From: Thioalkalivibrionaceae bacterium
Lineage (GTDB): Bacteria; Pseudomonadota; Gammaproteobacteria; Ectothiorhodospirales; Ectothiorhodospiraceae
Reading direction: 5' to 3'
DNA: 64,000 nucleotides
NCBI GenBank assembly: GCA_046299415.1
Contig: JBKBII010000007.1
Coordinates: forward strand, 43,839 to 107,838
Both the position numbers and the translations under genes were made by a program. The notes beneath the pieces were generated by a model. That model did not search any database and was not told the DNA's origin. It saw only the letters and a list, made by a program, of their open reading frames with translations. Within the stretch, counting starts at the first letter, position 1, and every line of letters begins with the position of its first letter. This document shows positions 1 through 8,629 of this stretch, piece after piece.

Positions 1-1371
1 GCCTCCGTTCTTCGCGGAATACAACGCCTGATCCGCAAGACGTATCAATGAGAACGGATCACAAAACGAGGTTGGATGCCAGCACCCAACGCCAAAACTC
101 GCTGTCACGACGGCACAATCATCCCGCGCCGGATGGTCAATGTGCATCGCCTCCAACGCCAACCGCAGGCGCTCGGCGACTTGCCGAGCATCATCGAGAC
201 CCGTCTCAGGCAAAATTATCGCGAATTCCTCGCCGCCATATCGAGCCGCTAGATCACGCGACCGGAACAACTGCGCAGCAAGGGTCTGCGCCACTCTTTG
301 CAAACACTGATCGCCCGCCTCGTGTCCGAGACAATCATTGAAACGCTTGAAGTAATCGACGTCGATGAGAATGAGCGACACCGGGTGACGATGTGTCTGC
401 GCAGCCTGCCAAGTCTTGCGTAAAACCTCATCAAAACGCCGCCGATTCGCAATGCCGGTCAGGCCATCGATATACGAAAACCGATGCAGCTGATCGTTCG
501 CGTTTTCCAGCTGGCGCGTGACATCACGGATGTATCGCTGGGTTCCGATTCGCGCCAAAACGACGGCGAAATCGAAAGGCTTGGCAACATAGTCGTTGGC
601 ACCCGCTTCCAGCGCTTCGACGATCGTTGCCGAACTGCGCCGCGCCGTCACCACAATGACCGGCAGGCGGGTTGCCGAGTGCTCCGCCCGTATGGCACGC
701 AGAATGTCGAGACCACCGCGTCCAGGCATGATCCAATCGAGCAGGACGACATCGTAGTCGCCCTCTTTGATTCGCCTGAGCGCCATGTCGCCATCGTGAG
801 CGACGTCGACACGATGTCCCTCACGTAGCAGCCGTCGACGTAGAAGCTCGCAGCTTTCTGGATCATCGTCGACGACCAGAAGGCGGGCGTCGGCGGTCGA
901 CAGCGCCGTTGGCGAACACATAGCCTCCTCCGCGCTTGATGACCGGACCACACTCACCGCTGCTTCTGATGCGCCGCCGCGTAAATCAATCGAGCCCAAG
1001 TGGTGGAGCTCGCGCAACTGGAGACTCAGCGCGCTGGCGGCCCGTTCAATGCTCACGATATCGTTGAGCTGTCCCGCCGCCGAGCGCACGAACACGTTGC
1101 GCAAGGCAGCAACCTCCTGTTCGACCAAGGCGATGCTGGCGCGCCAATTCGGAAACAACACATCGATCGGGCCCTGCTCTACGGGCCCGCCGTTATCGAT
1201 GATCGAAAGCAGGCGTCGGGTGGCGTTCACGACCGCTTCGATCGCCACGCGCGCGTCTCCGGCGTCGGGATCGAGATCCTCTTCGATCAGTTCGGCGTAG
1301 CCAATGATTTGGTGAATGGGTGTGCGCAGATCATGCCGGACGTTGCGCCCGCATGGTGATCGCTGATTCAT
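1..1371 (-). CDS. REC-GGDEF diguanylate cyclase with N-terminal HisKA-like (DHp-only) module; 3' end runs off the window
   Basis: Absent from the ORF track because it has no stop in the window. Hand translation from ATG 1371 gives MNQRSPCGRNVRHDLRTPIHQIIGYAELIEEDL (H-box). It reads in frame through MCSPTALSTADARLLVVDDDPES...VVLLDWIMPG...ANDYVAKPF (receiver). It continues into GLTGIANRRRFDE...LILIDVDYFKRFND...ARYGGEEFAIILPE...ADQALYSAKNGG (GGDEF). In-frame stop at 1384-1386 upstream. Alternative internal start at ATG 921, preceded by GGAGGAGG. Confidence 0.85.
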   Translation of the reverse strand, partial: MNQRSPCGRNVRHDLRTPIHQIIGYAELIEEDLDPDAGDARVAIEAVVNATRRLLSIIDNGGPVEQGPIDVLFPNWRASIALVEQEVAALRNVFVRSAAGQLNDIVSIERAASALSLQLRELHHLGSIDLRGGASEAAVSVVRSSSAEEAMCSPTALSTADARLLVVDDDPESCELLRRRLLREGHRVDVAHDGDMALRRIKEGDYDVVLLDWIMPGRGGLDILRAIRAEHSATRLPVIVVTARRSSATIVEALEAGANDYVAKPFDFAVVLARIGTQRYIRDVTRQLENANDQLHRFSYIDGLTGIANRRRFDEVLRKTWQAAQTHRHPVSLILIDVDYFKRFNDCLGHEAGDQCLQRVAQTLAAQLFRSRDLAARYGGEEFAIILPETGLDDARQVAERLRLALEAMHIDHPARDDCAVVTASFGVGCWHPTSFCDPFSLIRLADQALYSAKNGG

Positions 1372-1414
1372 GGGATCTTGCCTTTATTCGTGTACTTCAA
1401 TGGCTGGCCGCCCG

Positions 1415-1813
1415 TCACGCTTTTCGTGGCGAAGATCCATCGTCACGGCCATCGCGCAATAAGCGCTCGATTTTTTCCAGCAAACGAGGCAGCTCGACGG
1501 GTTTCGTGTCGAAATCATCGCAGCCTGCCTCTAATGCCCGGGAACGCTCACCTTCCATGGCGTGGGCCGTCAATGCGATCACCGGAAGATGCCGGGTCCG
1601 GGAGTCGGCACGCAAGCGCCTCGTCGCCTCCCAGCCGTCGATCTCAGGCAAGCTCATATCCATGAGAATCAGATCGGGATCCGCATCGCCCGCACGGGCC
1701 AGCCCCTCAACACCATTGACGGCGGTGATGACCTCGAAGCCACGTTTCTTCAGGCGCCGCGAAAGCATGTCGCGATTCATTTCGTTGTCTTCGACCAGTA
1801 AAAGTCGCGTCAT
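1415..1813 (-). CDS. single-domain CheY-like response regulator
   Basis: MTRLLLVEDNEMNRDML...DLILMDMSLPEIDGWE...PVIALTAHAM...DDFDTKP are receiver-domain motifs. Start taken at M17 of the track ORF; its ATG overlaps the upstream kinase stop (ATGA at 1810-1813). Confidence 0.9.
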   Translation of the reverse strand: MTRLLLVEDNEMNRDMLSRRLKKRGFEVITAVNGVEGLARAGDADPDLILMDMSLPEIDGWEATRRLRADSRTRHLPVIALTAHAMEGERSRALEAGCDDFDTKPVELPRLLEKIERLLRDGRDDGSSPRKA

Positions 1814-4410
1814 GGGTGCTCTCCATGTTCTTGACCCGGCGGACGGCGACAACCCGTACATGCATCGATTCGCCGCCGAAGCTCGCCGAGCAGACTTTGA
1901 TCATCTCGACGCGCACCATCGAGAATGTCCTCGACACGACCTGTGAGCCGCGCGCGCTCTTGTTCATTGAGCGTCCGCGCGGTGATGACAACAATGGGAA
2001 TCATTCGCCATTGCTCGTCGGCCTGCAAGACGTCGATGAACTCAAAGCCATCCATTTCCGGCATCATGAGGTCAAGGAGAATCAGCGATGGCGACTGACG
2101 TTGGGCTCGGAGCCAGTCCAACGCCGCGCGACCGTTTTCAGCCTCACTCACCCTTGCATCGGCCGATTCGAGTGTCCGGCGGAGCAGTTCGCGATTGACC
2201 GGCTCGTCGTCAATGATCAAGACACCACCGGTATCAGCGCTCAGATGCTGCTTCTGGTGGCGATTGAAAAGTTTCAACAAAACGTCGCGATCAATGGGTT
2301 TAGTCAGAAATTCTGTCGCACCGAGCGCATACCCAAGATGGCGGTCATTGGTCATCGTCAAGACGAATACCGGGATGCCCATGGTCTCAGGGTCGGCTTT
2401 CAGGCGAGTGAGCACCGTCCACCCATCGATCCCGGGCATCATCACGTCGAGTGTGATGAAGTCCGGCTTGAGCGCACGAGCCTTTTCCAAGCCCTCTTCA
2501 CCGGACGAGGCGACAACCACGTTGTACTTCTCGCGCTCGAGAAAACGCCGCAACAGGTCCCTCACACGCTCATCGTCGTCAACGACCAAGACCAGCGGAA
2601 CGGATGTATCAGCGCTCTCTGCTGTGCTGTCTGCTGTGCCATCGGGCGCCTTCGCGGCATTCTTGGTTTGCGATGCCGTGACACCCGGTTCTGAGGTGGC
2701 GCTCTCAGCGACATGGCGTGGCATCTCGAGTGTGAACCGACTGCCCTCTCCCGGAACACTGCTGACCGCGATGTCGCCCCCCATCATGCGGGCAAAGTGA
2801 CGGGATATTGCGAGACCGAGGCCCGTACCCCCATAGCGTCGCGTGGTCGACGCATCAGCTTGGGAGAATGCCTGAAACAGGCGACCGATTTGCTCCTCGG
2901 TCATGCCGATGCCCGAGTCCTGCACCGTGATTCGCACCCACGCGTCGTCGCCCTCGACGATCAGTCGAATCTCGTCATGGTCGGTGAATTTAGCGGCATT
3001 GCTCAGAAGGTTGAGTACGATTTGGCGGAGCTTCGTCTGGTCAGCGTGCACGGTGCCAACACCCGCAGACGAGTCCGCAACCCGTTGTTCCACTGTGAGG
3101 CGGTTGTCGTTTTTAGCGACCAGGGGCTGAACGGTTGCGACGATCTGATCGATTTCGGCCCGGAGATCGAACGTCTCCAAGTAGAGCTCAACCCGGCCTG
3201 CCTCGATCCTAGAAATATCGAGGATATCGTTGACGAGTGATAGCAGGTGACGGCCACCCTGGTGAATGCGATCAAGATCTTCGTGGTACTGAAGATTGCC
3301 GTCGTCGGCCGTTTCCTCCTTGAGTATTTCGCTGTAACCGATAATCGCGTTCAACGGTGTGCGAAGCTCGTGGCTCATGTTGGCGACGAACTGGCTTTTG
3401 GTTCGATTGGCTTCTACGGCCTGTTGTTGGGCACGCTCAGCCCGATTCAGCGCTTCTCGCAGCGCCTCGGTGCGTGCCTCGACCGTGGCCGTCAAATGTT
3501 GTTCACGTCGTGCAACTTCTTCGGCCATGGCCTCGAACGCGCGGAACCACTCGCCCGCCTCGTCCCGCCGCTCACGCATCGAACGATATTCGGGCTTTTT
3601 GAATGCAGCGAGCGTCTCGGGGCTGGGAGTGCCACCGCGCAAGGTATGAGCAATCGCGGTTACGTGACGGATCGGTGCGACGATCGACCGCTGGATCTGC
3701 GCATTGAGCAAGGCCGTGCCCACAAAAAAAACACCAAAAAACACAGCCATGGCCAAAAAGAGGGAGTTTCTTCCGGCCTGTAGGACTTCGTCGGCGGGAA
3801 CGTAGACCATTTGTGCGGCAACGATTTCGCCCAGCGACCATCCGAAGCCACCCTCATCGCCGAATCGTGCCAATTGGGCCGCAGGCGCGCGATCCGGAGT
3901 CGAGTGACAGACGAGGCAGGATTCCGAACCCACCTTCAGGGGGCGTGCCGAATAGAACAAGGTTTCATCCCCTCGTTGACGATAACCCGTCTGGAGGGGC
4001 AAATCGGGATCGGCACGAAAACGTTCGACGACAAGCGTCTCGAACTCATCCGCCTGATCGTTCGGATTGGTCGGGTTCAGGGTTGCTTCTTTGTAGCTAA
4101 ACGATCCGTACTCGGAGGTTTCGGAAAAGAATGAAAACACGCGATGGGCTGAAAACGCCGGGACGGTCTCGGAAATGAAAACCTCCGACGCGTACACCTC
4201 GTCGGCAAGCAGCGGCGCGATGTGCTCCGTGGTGTAGCGCCTCACCGCATTCGCGGTCGCCATCAGAATTTCCGCACGATCCTCGATCTCGAGCTCGGCT
4301 TTCGTCTTCATCGCGCCACCGAGCAACCAAGCCGTAGCCGCGATACCCACAGCAAACGCGGTCAGCAGAAACAACGTGATCTTGGAACCAATCGTGAGAC
4401 CTGATTTCAT
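1810..4410 (-). CDS. hybrid sensor histidine kinase: TM, DUF3365/Tll0287-like sensor with CxxCH, HisKA, HATPase_c, two receiver domains
   Basis: 866-aa ORF. N-terminal TM helix; RRYTTEHIAPLL...EATLNPTNPNDQADEFE...FYSARPLKVGSESCLVCHSTPDRAP...GFGWSLGEIVAAQMVYVP matches the DUF3365 pattern. H-box SHELRTPLNAIIGYSE; G2 box GTGLGLAISRHF. Two REC domains (LVLVVDDDERV...TLDVMMPGIDG and VLIIDDEPVN...LLDLMMPEMDG). Confidence 0.92.
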   Translation of the reverse strand: MKSGLTIGSKITLFLLTAFAVGIAATAWLLGGAMKTKAELEIEDRAEILMATANAVRRYTTEHIAPLLADEVYASEVFISETVPAFSAHRVFSFFSETSEYGSFSYKEATLNPTNPNDQADEFETLVVERFRADPDLPLQTGYRQRGDETLFYSARPLKVGSESCLVCHSTPDRAPAAQLARFGDEGGFGWSLGEIVAAQMVYVPADEVLQAGRNSLFLAMAVFFGVFFVGTALLNAQIQRSIVAPIRHVTAIAHTLRGGTPSPETLAAFKKPEYRSMRERRDEAGEWFRAFEAMAEEVARREQHLTATVEARTEALREALNRAERAQQQAVEANRTKSQFVANMSHELRTPLNAIIGYSEILKEETADDGNLQYHEDLDRIHQGGRHLLSLVNDILDISRIEAGRVELYLETFDLRAEIDQIVATVQPLVAKNDNRLTVEQRVADSSAGVGTVHADQTKLRQIVLNLLSNAAKFTDHDEIRLIVEGDDAWVRITVQDSGIGMTEEQIGRLFQAFSQADASTTRRYGGTGLGLAISRHFARMMGGDIAVSSVPGEGSRFTLEMPRHVAESATSEPGVTASQTKNAAKAPDGTADSTAESADTSVPLVLVVDDDERVRDLLRRFLEREKYNVVVASSGEEGLEKARALKPDFITLDVMMPGIDGWTVLTRLKADPETMGIPVFVLTMTNDRHLGYALGATEFLTKPIDRDVLLKLFNRHQKQHLSADTGGVLIIDDEPVNRELLRRTLESADARVSEAENGRAALDWLRAQRQSPSLILLDLMMPEMDGFEFIDVLQADEQWRMIPIVVITARTLNEQERARLTGRVEDILDGARRDDQSLLGELRRRIDACTGCRRPPGQEHGEHP

Positions 4411-4555
4411 CGCTCGATTCAGGGTATTGGGCTCAATTCAGGGTGAACCAGCGCGTCGCCCAATGCAACATCAAGCGACACCGCGAGCATTCAAGGCGTC
4501 GGTTCACACGCCCATTCATCGTCTCGCCCCGGAAAATCCGCTCAGCCCGCTTCGA

Positions 4556-5563
4556 TCAGACGCTGTAGAACTCGCGATACCAGGCGACAAAACGCGCTAC
4601 GCCGTCTTCGACTCTTGTCGCTGGCCGATAGTCCACGTCACGCACGAGGTCTTCCAAATCGGCAAACGTGTCAGGAACGTCGCCCGGCTGCAGGGGCAGG
4701 AGGTTTTTTTCCGCTTTGCGTCCGAGGCAGTCTTCGAGCACCTCGATGTAGCGCATCAGCTCGACGGGTTGATTGTTACCGATGTTATAGATCCGATAGG
4801 GTGCCGAGGAGCTTGCAGGATCGGGCTGGTCGCCCGACCATTCCGGATTGGGTTGTGGCGGTCGATCAAGCACACGGATCACCCCTTCGACGATATCGTC
4901 GATGTAGGTGAAATCGCGACGATGACGTCCGTAATTGAACACATCGATCGGCTCACCCGCGAGGATCGCCCGGGTAAACTTGAACAACGCCATGTCGGGT
5001 CGGCCCCACGGGCCGTAAACGGTAAAGAATCGCAGCCCGGTGACCGGCAGACGGTACAAATGCGCATAGGTGTGCGCCATCAGCTCATTGGCTTTTTTGC
5101 TCGCGGCATACAATGACAGCGGATGATCGACGTTGTGATGCACTGAGAATGGTTGCGTCGTGTTGGCGCCATAAACGGAACTCGAACTCGCATAAACCAG
5201 GTGCCGCACGGCCTGATGGCGACATCCTTCAAGAATATTGCCGAATCCGACAAGATTCGTGTCGACGTAAGACTGCGGATTTTCGATCGAGTATCGGACG
5301 CCGGCCTGTGCCGCGAGGTTGATCACAGCATCGGGTTCATGCGCACGAAACACCGCGGCAAGGGCAGCACGATCCGCAATGTCGACCCGCTCATCGGCAA
5401 AACTCGGATACGCAGCGATTCGTGCCAAGCGAGCACGCTTGAGGTTGACGTCGTAGTAGTCCGAGAGGTTATCGACGCCGATGACCTCGTCTCCGCGTTC
5501 GAGTAAACGCAGTGCGATCTGAGAACCGATAAAGCCGGCCGCGCCGGTGACCAAAACTTTCAC
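4556..5563 (-). CDS. NAD-dependent epimerase/dehydratase, UDP-glucuronate 4-epimerase-like
   Basis: 335 aa. [14 protein letters not shown] Rossmann motif; ASSSSVYG...YAASKKANE (S/YxxxK catalytic pattern); overall extended-SDR layout. Confidence 0.85.
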   Translation of the reverse strand: MKVLVTGAAGFIGSQIALRLLERGDEVIGVDNLSDYYDVNLKRARLARIAAYPSFADERVDIADRAALAAVFRAHEPDAVINLAAQAGVRYSIENPQSYVDTNLVGFGNILEGCRHQAVRHLVYASSSSVYGANTTQPFSVHHNVDHPLSLYAASKKANELMAHTYAHLYRLPVTGLRFFTVYGPWGRPDMALFKFTRAILAGEPIDVFNYGRHRRDFTYIDDIVEGVIRVLDRPPQPNPEWSGDQPDPASSSAPYRIYNIGNNQPVELMRYIEVLEDCLGRKAEKNLLPLQPGDVPDTFADLEDLVRDVDYRPATRVEDGVARFVAWYREFYSV

Positions 5564-5840
5564 GCGATAGCCTCATGTTCATCTAACATCGAAAACGCCA
5601 GTTCAGACCCAAATGCTCACGCCACAGAAAGATTCATTTTAAAAACGTGCTCAGGGCGAGCATCTGACACCCTCCAAAGCCGGCCCCTGATCCTGACGAA
5701 CCGTCAAAAACACGCAGACGCGAGTCAACAGCCGCCCACGGTCAACGGTCCAGCGCGAATCACCGGATCATCGAAAGTCGACTTGGTCGACGCCGCGACA
5801 ACGAATCACCGCGACAAAACTCGCAATCCGCTCCTGTCGT

Positions 5841-7016
5841 TCAGCGCGCACGCGATGCGGCGATGACCTCGCCGTACCAATCGACCAATCGCGGCACAAC
5901 GACATCGACGTGATATCGCAGGCGATACCGCTCGCACGCCGTCTTCGCCCGAGCGACTCGCTCATCGGATGACTCGAGGGCAGCGGCGAGCGCTCTTTCC
6001 AAGTCCGTGACGTTGTCGAAGTCACACAACCACGCGCAACTGCAATCAAGAATTTCGAGCGGACCGTCGGTACGCGTCGCAATAATCGGCAGCGCACGCG
6101 CCATCGCTTCGATGACGACGATCCCGAATGGCTCGTCGCGCGAGGGCAAAACAAACAGATCTCCGCGATCCAAAAACTCTGCTACGTCATCGACCCAACC
6201 GTGAAAGACAACCGCGTCACGAAGCCCGAGCAGCGCGCAACGCTCCTCAAGAGAGGCGCGTTCAGGCCCGTCGCCAGCCAATTCGAACGTGAGTCGAGGG
6301 TTACGAACCCGCAACCTTGCGAGGGCCTCAAGTACCACATCGAAACCCTTTTTATGCACGAGCCGTCCGAGGCCCACCATCGTCAGCGGTCGTGGCTCAC
6401 CACCATGTTCGACGGCCGCGCTACCCCACATCCCAAGGTGATCATCCACGCGCGGCGGCGTGCGTGAAAAATTCGGGATCTGGGTCACGCGATGACCCTC
6501 GACGCCATGGTCCAGCAAATATTGTCGCTGGTGCGCGGTCGTCACCTGGAAATGGTCGACGTGGCGGTAGTAGTGCAACTTCACGTCGTTGTGCAGCTTG
6601 CTCACCATCGGTATTCGCAGCGCGCGCGCTGCACGACCACCGAGATGGCTACCCCGCGCGAGGTGTCCGTGAACGATTTCAGGCCCGAATCGCGCCAGTG
6701 ATCGCCGAATCATCGCTGCCGCCCAGACATCCCAGGCGCCACGGACTCGAACCGGAGTCAGCGTCATCATTCCACGGGCGCAATCATCCGCCTCACGCGC
6801 GTCGACTTGGTCGACGCCAGATGGATCAAGACGCGCCCCGCCCTGCGACACCGCGAGCGAGGCCGCATAGTCGTGGAGTTTGCGATACGCCGCGCCACGC
6901 GGCTCGAGGATCGCCTGCACCTGATGGCCAGCTTCGACCAACGAAACGACCAGATCGACAAAGGTTCGCTCGGCGCCCCCGAAACCCTTTCCGAGCATGA
7001 TCTCGCTGACGCGCAT
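5841..7016 (-). CDS. glycosyltransferase family 4 (GT-B fold)
   Basis: Contains GFGGAERTFVDLV near the N-terminus and the C-terminal EPFGIVVIEAMARALPIIATRTDGPLEIL (E-x7-E type motif). Start chosen at ATG 7016 (AAGGA/GGAG upstream); the track ORF extends to TTG 7046. Confidence 0.85.
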   Translation of the reverse strand: MRVSEIMLGKGFGGAERTFVDLVVSLVEAGHQVQAILEPRGAAYRKLHDYAASLAVSQGGARLDPSGVDQVDAREADDCARGMMTLTPVRVRGAWDVWAAAMIRRSLARFGPEIVHGHLARGSHLGGRAARALRIPMVSKLHNDVKLHYYRHVDHFQVTTAHQRQYLLDHGVEGHRVTQIPNFSRTPPRVDDHLGMWGSAAVEHGGEPRPLTMVGLGRLVHKKGFDVVLEALARLRVRNPRLTFELAGDGPERASLEERCALLGLRDAVVFHGWVDDVAEFLDRGDLFVLPSRDEPFGIVVIEAMARALPIIATRTDGPLEILDCSCAWLCDFDNVTDLERALAAALESSDERVARAKTACERYRLRYHVDVVVPRLVDWYGEVIAASRAR

Positions 7017-7096
7017 CGATCCTTTTCTCCGCCGCGACCGTTTCAATGATCGCCGCAGTCTAGCGCCTCAGCCACAGGCGCGAGCAGCAATGATCG

Positions 7097-8392
7097 TCAC
7101 AGCGCAAGCAAGAGGCGCGCCGGATCTTCGAGATTCTGCTTGATATGAACGAGAAACTTCACCGCCTGTTCGCCATCAATCAGGCGGTGATCGTATGACA
7201 AAGCCAAATACATCATGGGCCGAATCACGACTTGGCCGTCGACGGCGATGGGGCGTTCCTGAATCGTGTGCATCCCAAGGATTGCGCTCTGTGGTGCATT
7301 CAAGATCGGCGTCGATAACAACGAACCAAAAATGCCACCGTTGGTGATCGAAAACGTTCCGCCCTGCATTTCCTCGACGGTGACTCGACCTTCCCGTCCA
7401 CGCGACGCGACGTCGCGAATCGCTTTTTCGATTGCGGCAGAATCCATCCGGTCGGCGTGACGCAACACCGGTACGATCAGGCCCCGTGGCGTGGAAACAG
7501 CGATCCCGATATGAATCCCATCGGGATGAACGATTTCGTCATCCTCGATGCGAGCATTGATAACCGGCTGTGCGGCGAGCGCCGCGGCCGCGGCTCGAAC
7601 GAAGAAGCTCATGAACCCGAGCTTGATATCGTGGCGAGCGACGAAAGCCTCCTGATGGCGGCTGCGCCAAGCGATGATCGTGCTCATGTCCACTTCGTTG
7701 AAAGTGGTCAACATCGCAGCATTGTGCTGAGCGGCCACGAGTCTCTCGGCAATACGGCGTCGAATGCGCGTCATCGACTCCCGCCGCTCGCCGTTCCCCG
7801 ATGGCTGCCCCCCCGCCGTCGCGCCAGCTGATCGGGTCGTCGTCGAGGGTTGTGTCGCGCGATGTTCTGCGGTGCCGTAAACATCTTGGGTCGAAATACG
7901 ACCGCGGGGCCCTGTGCCCGAAACCGCCGCCAAGTCGATGCCTTTCTCGCTGGCCGCACGACGCGCTCCTGGGCCTGCTTTGGGCGTATTGAGCCTATTC
8001 GACTGGGGGCCGGTTTCAGCTCCAGCGCCATCGGATTCGGCGCTCTTCGTCTCGTCCGAGTGTGTATTCGACTCCGGCTCCGCAGCGGCATCCCCACCCT
8101 CAGCCGCTCGTGACGCGGACTCGACCTTCTGGCCATCATCTTGATCTCTGGCAACGCTGTAACGCGCCAACACCTGATCGGCGCTGACCACATCGTCAAT
8201 AGCGACATCAATCGACTCGAGCTGACCCGCCTCCGGTGCTGGTACTTCCAGCAAAACCTTGTCCGTCTCGAGCTCGATCAAGACTTCATCTCGCGCAAAT
8301 GCATCACCGGGGCGCTTATGAATGGCCGCGACCGTGGCATCCGAGACAGATTCCGGAAGGGCGGGGACCTTGAGGTCTCTCAGATCGCTCAT
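7097..8392 (-). CDS. sucB: dihydrolipoyllysine-residue succinyltransferase (2-oxoglutarate dehydrogenase E2)
   Basis: N-terminal lipoyl domain ([14 protein letters not shown]), Ala/Pro/Gly-rich linker, E3-binding segment, and catalytic C-terminus [12 protein letters not shown]. Directly downstream of sucA. Confidence 0.95.
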   Translation of the reverse strand: MSDLRDLKVPALPESVSDATVAAIHKRPGDAFARDEVLIELETDKVLLEVPAPEAGQLESIDVAIDDVVSADQVLARYSVARDQDDGQKVESASRAAEGGDAAAEPESNTHSDETKSAESDGAGAETGPQSNRLNTPKAGPGARRAASEKGIDLAAVSGTGPRGRISTQDVYGTAEHRATQPSTTTRSAGATAGGQPSGNGERRESMTRIRRRIAERLVAAQHNAAMLTTFNEVDMSTIIAWRSRHQEAFVARHDIKLGFMSFFVRAAAAALAAQPVINARIEDDEIVHPDGIHIGIAVSTPRGLIVPVLRHADRMDSAAIEKAIRDVASRGREGRVTVEEMQGGTFSITNGGIFGSLLSTPILNAPQSAILGMHTIQERPIAVDGQVVIRPMMYLALSYDHRLIDGEQAVKFLVHIKQNLEDPARLLLAL

Positions 8393-8629
8393 GTCGTTCT
8401 CCGAATCAATGACGTTCGATGTGGCTCTAGAAATAAACAGGTCGGGTTGTATTCCAGTATCGACCGAGTACGGCGACGGTCACCGCTGTAGGAAGCCATG
8501 AGCACAGCACCTCGCACATCGCCGCCCGGCGATGGCTCAGTCTAGATCCTCGCCTGTCCTCAGAGACGGGGCCACCTCGAACGGCCTCGATTCACCCGCG
8601 TCACAGGCTCGAGTCTCGCGATCGAAACC

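Noticed and set aside
484-1359. Track ORFs 484..828 (+), 524..736 (-), 648..953 (-), 1000..1359 (+) and 1049..1300 (+).
   Set aside because: All are off-frame or antisense shadows of the long minus-strand DHp-REC-GGDEF reading frame (1..1371), which carries clear receiver and GGDEF motifs.
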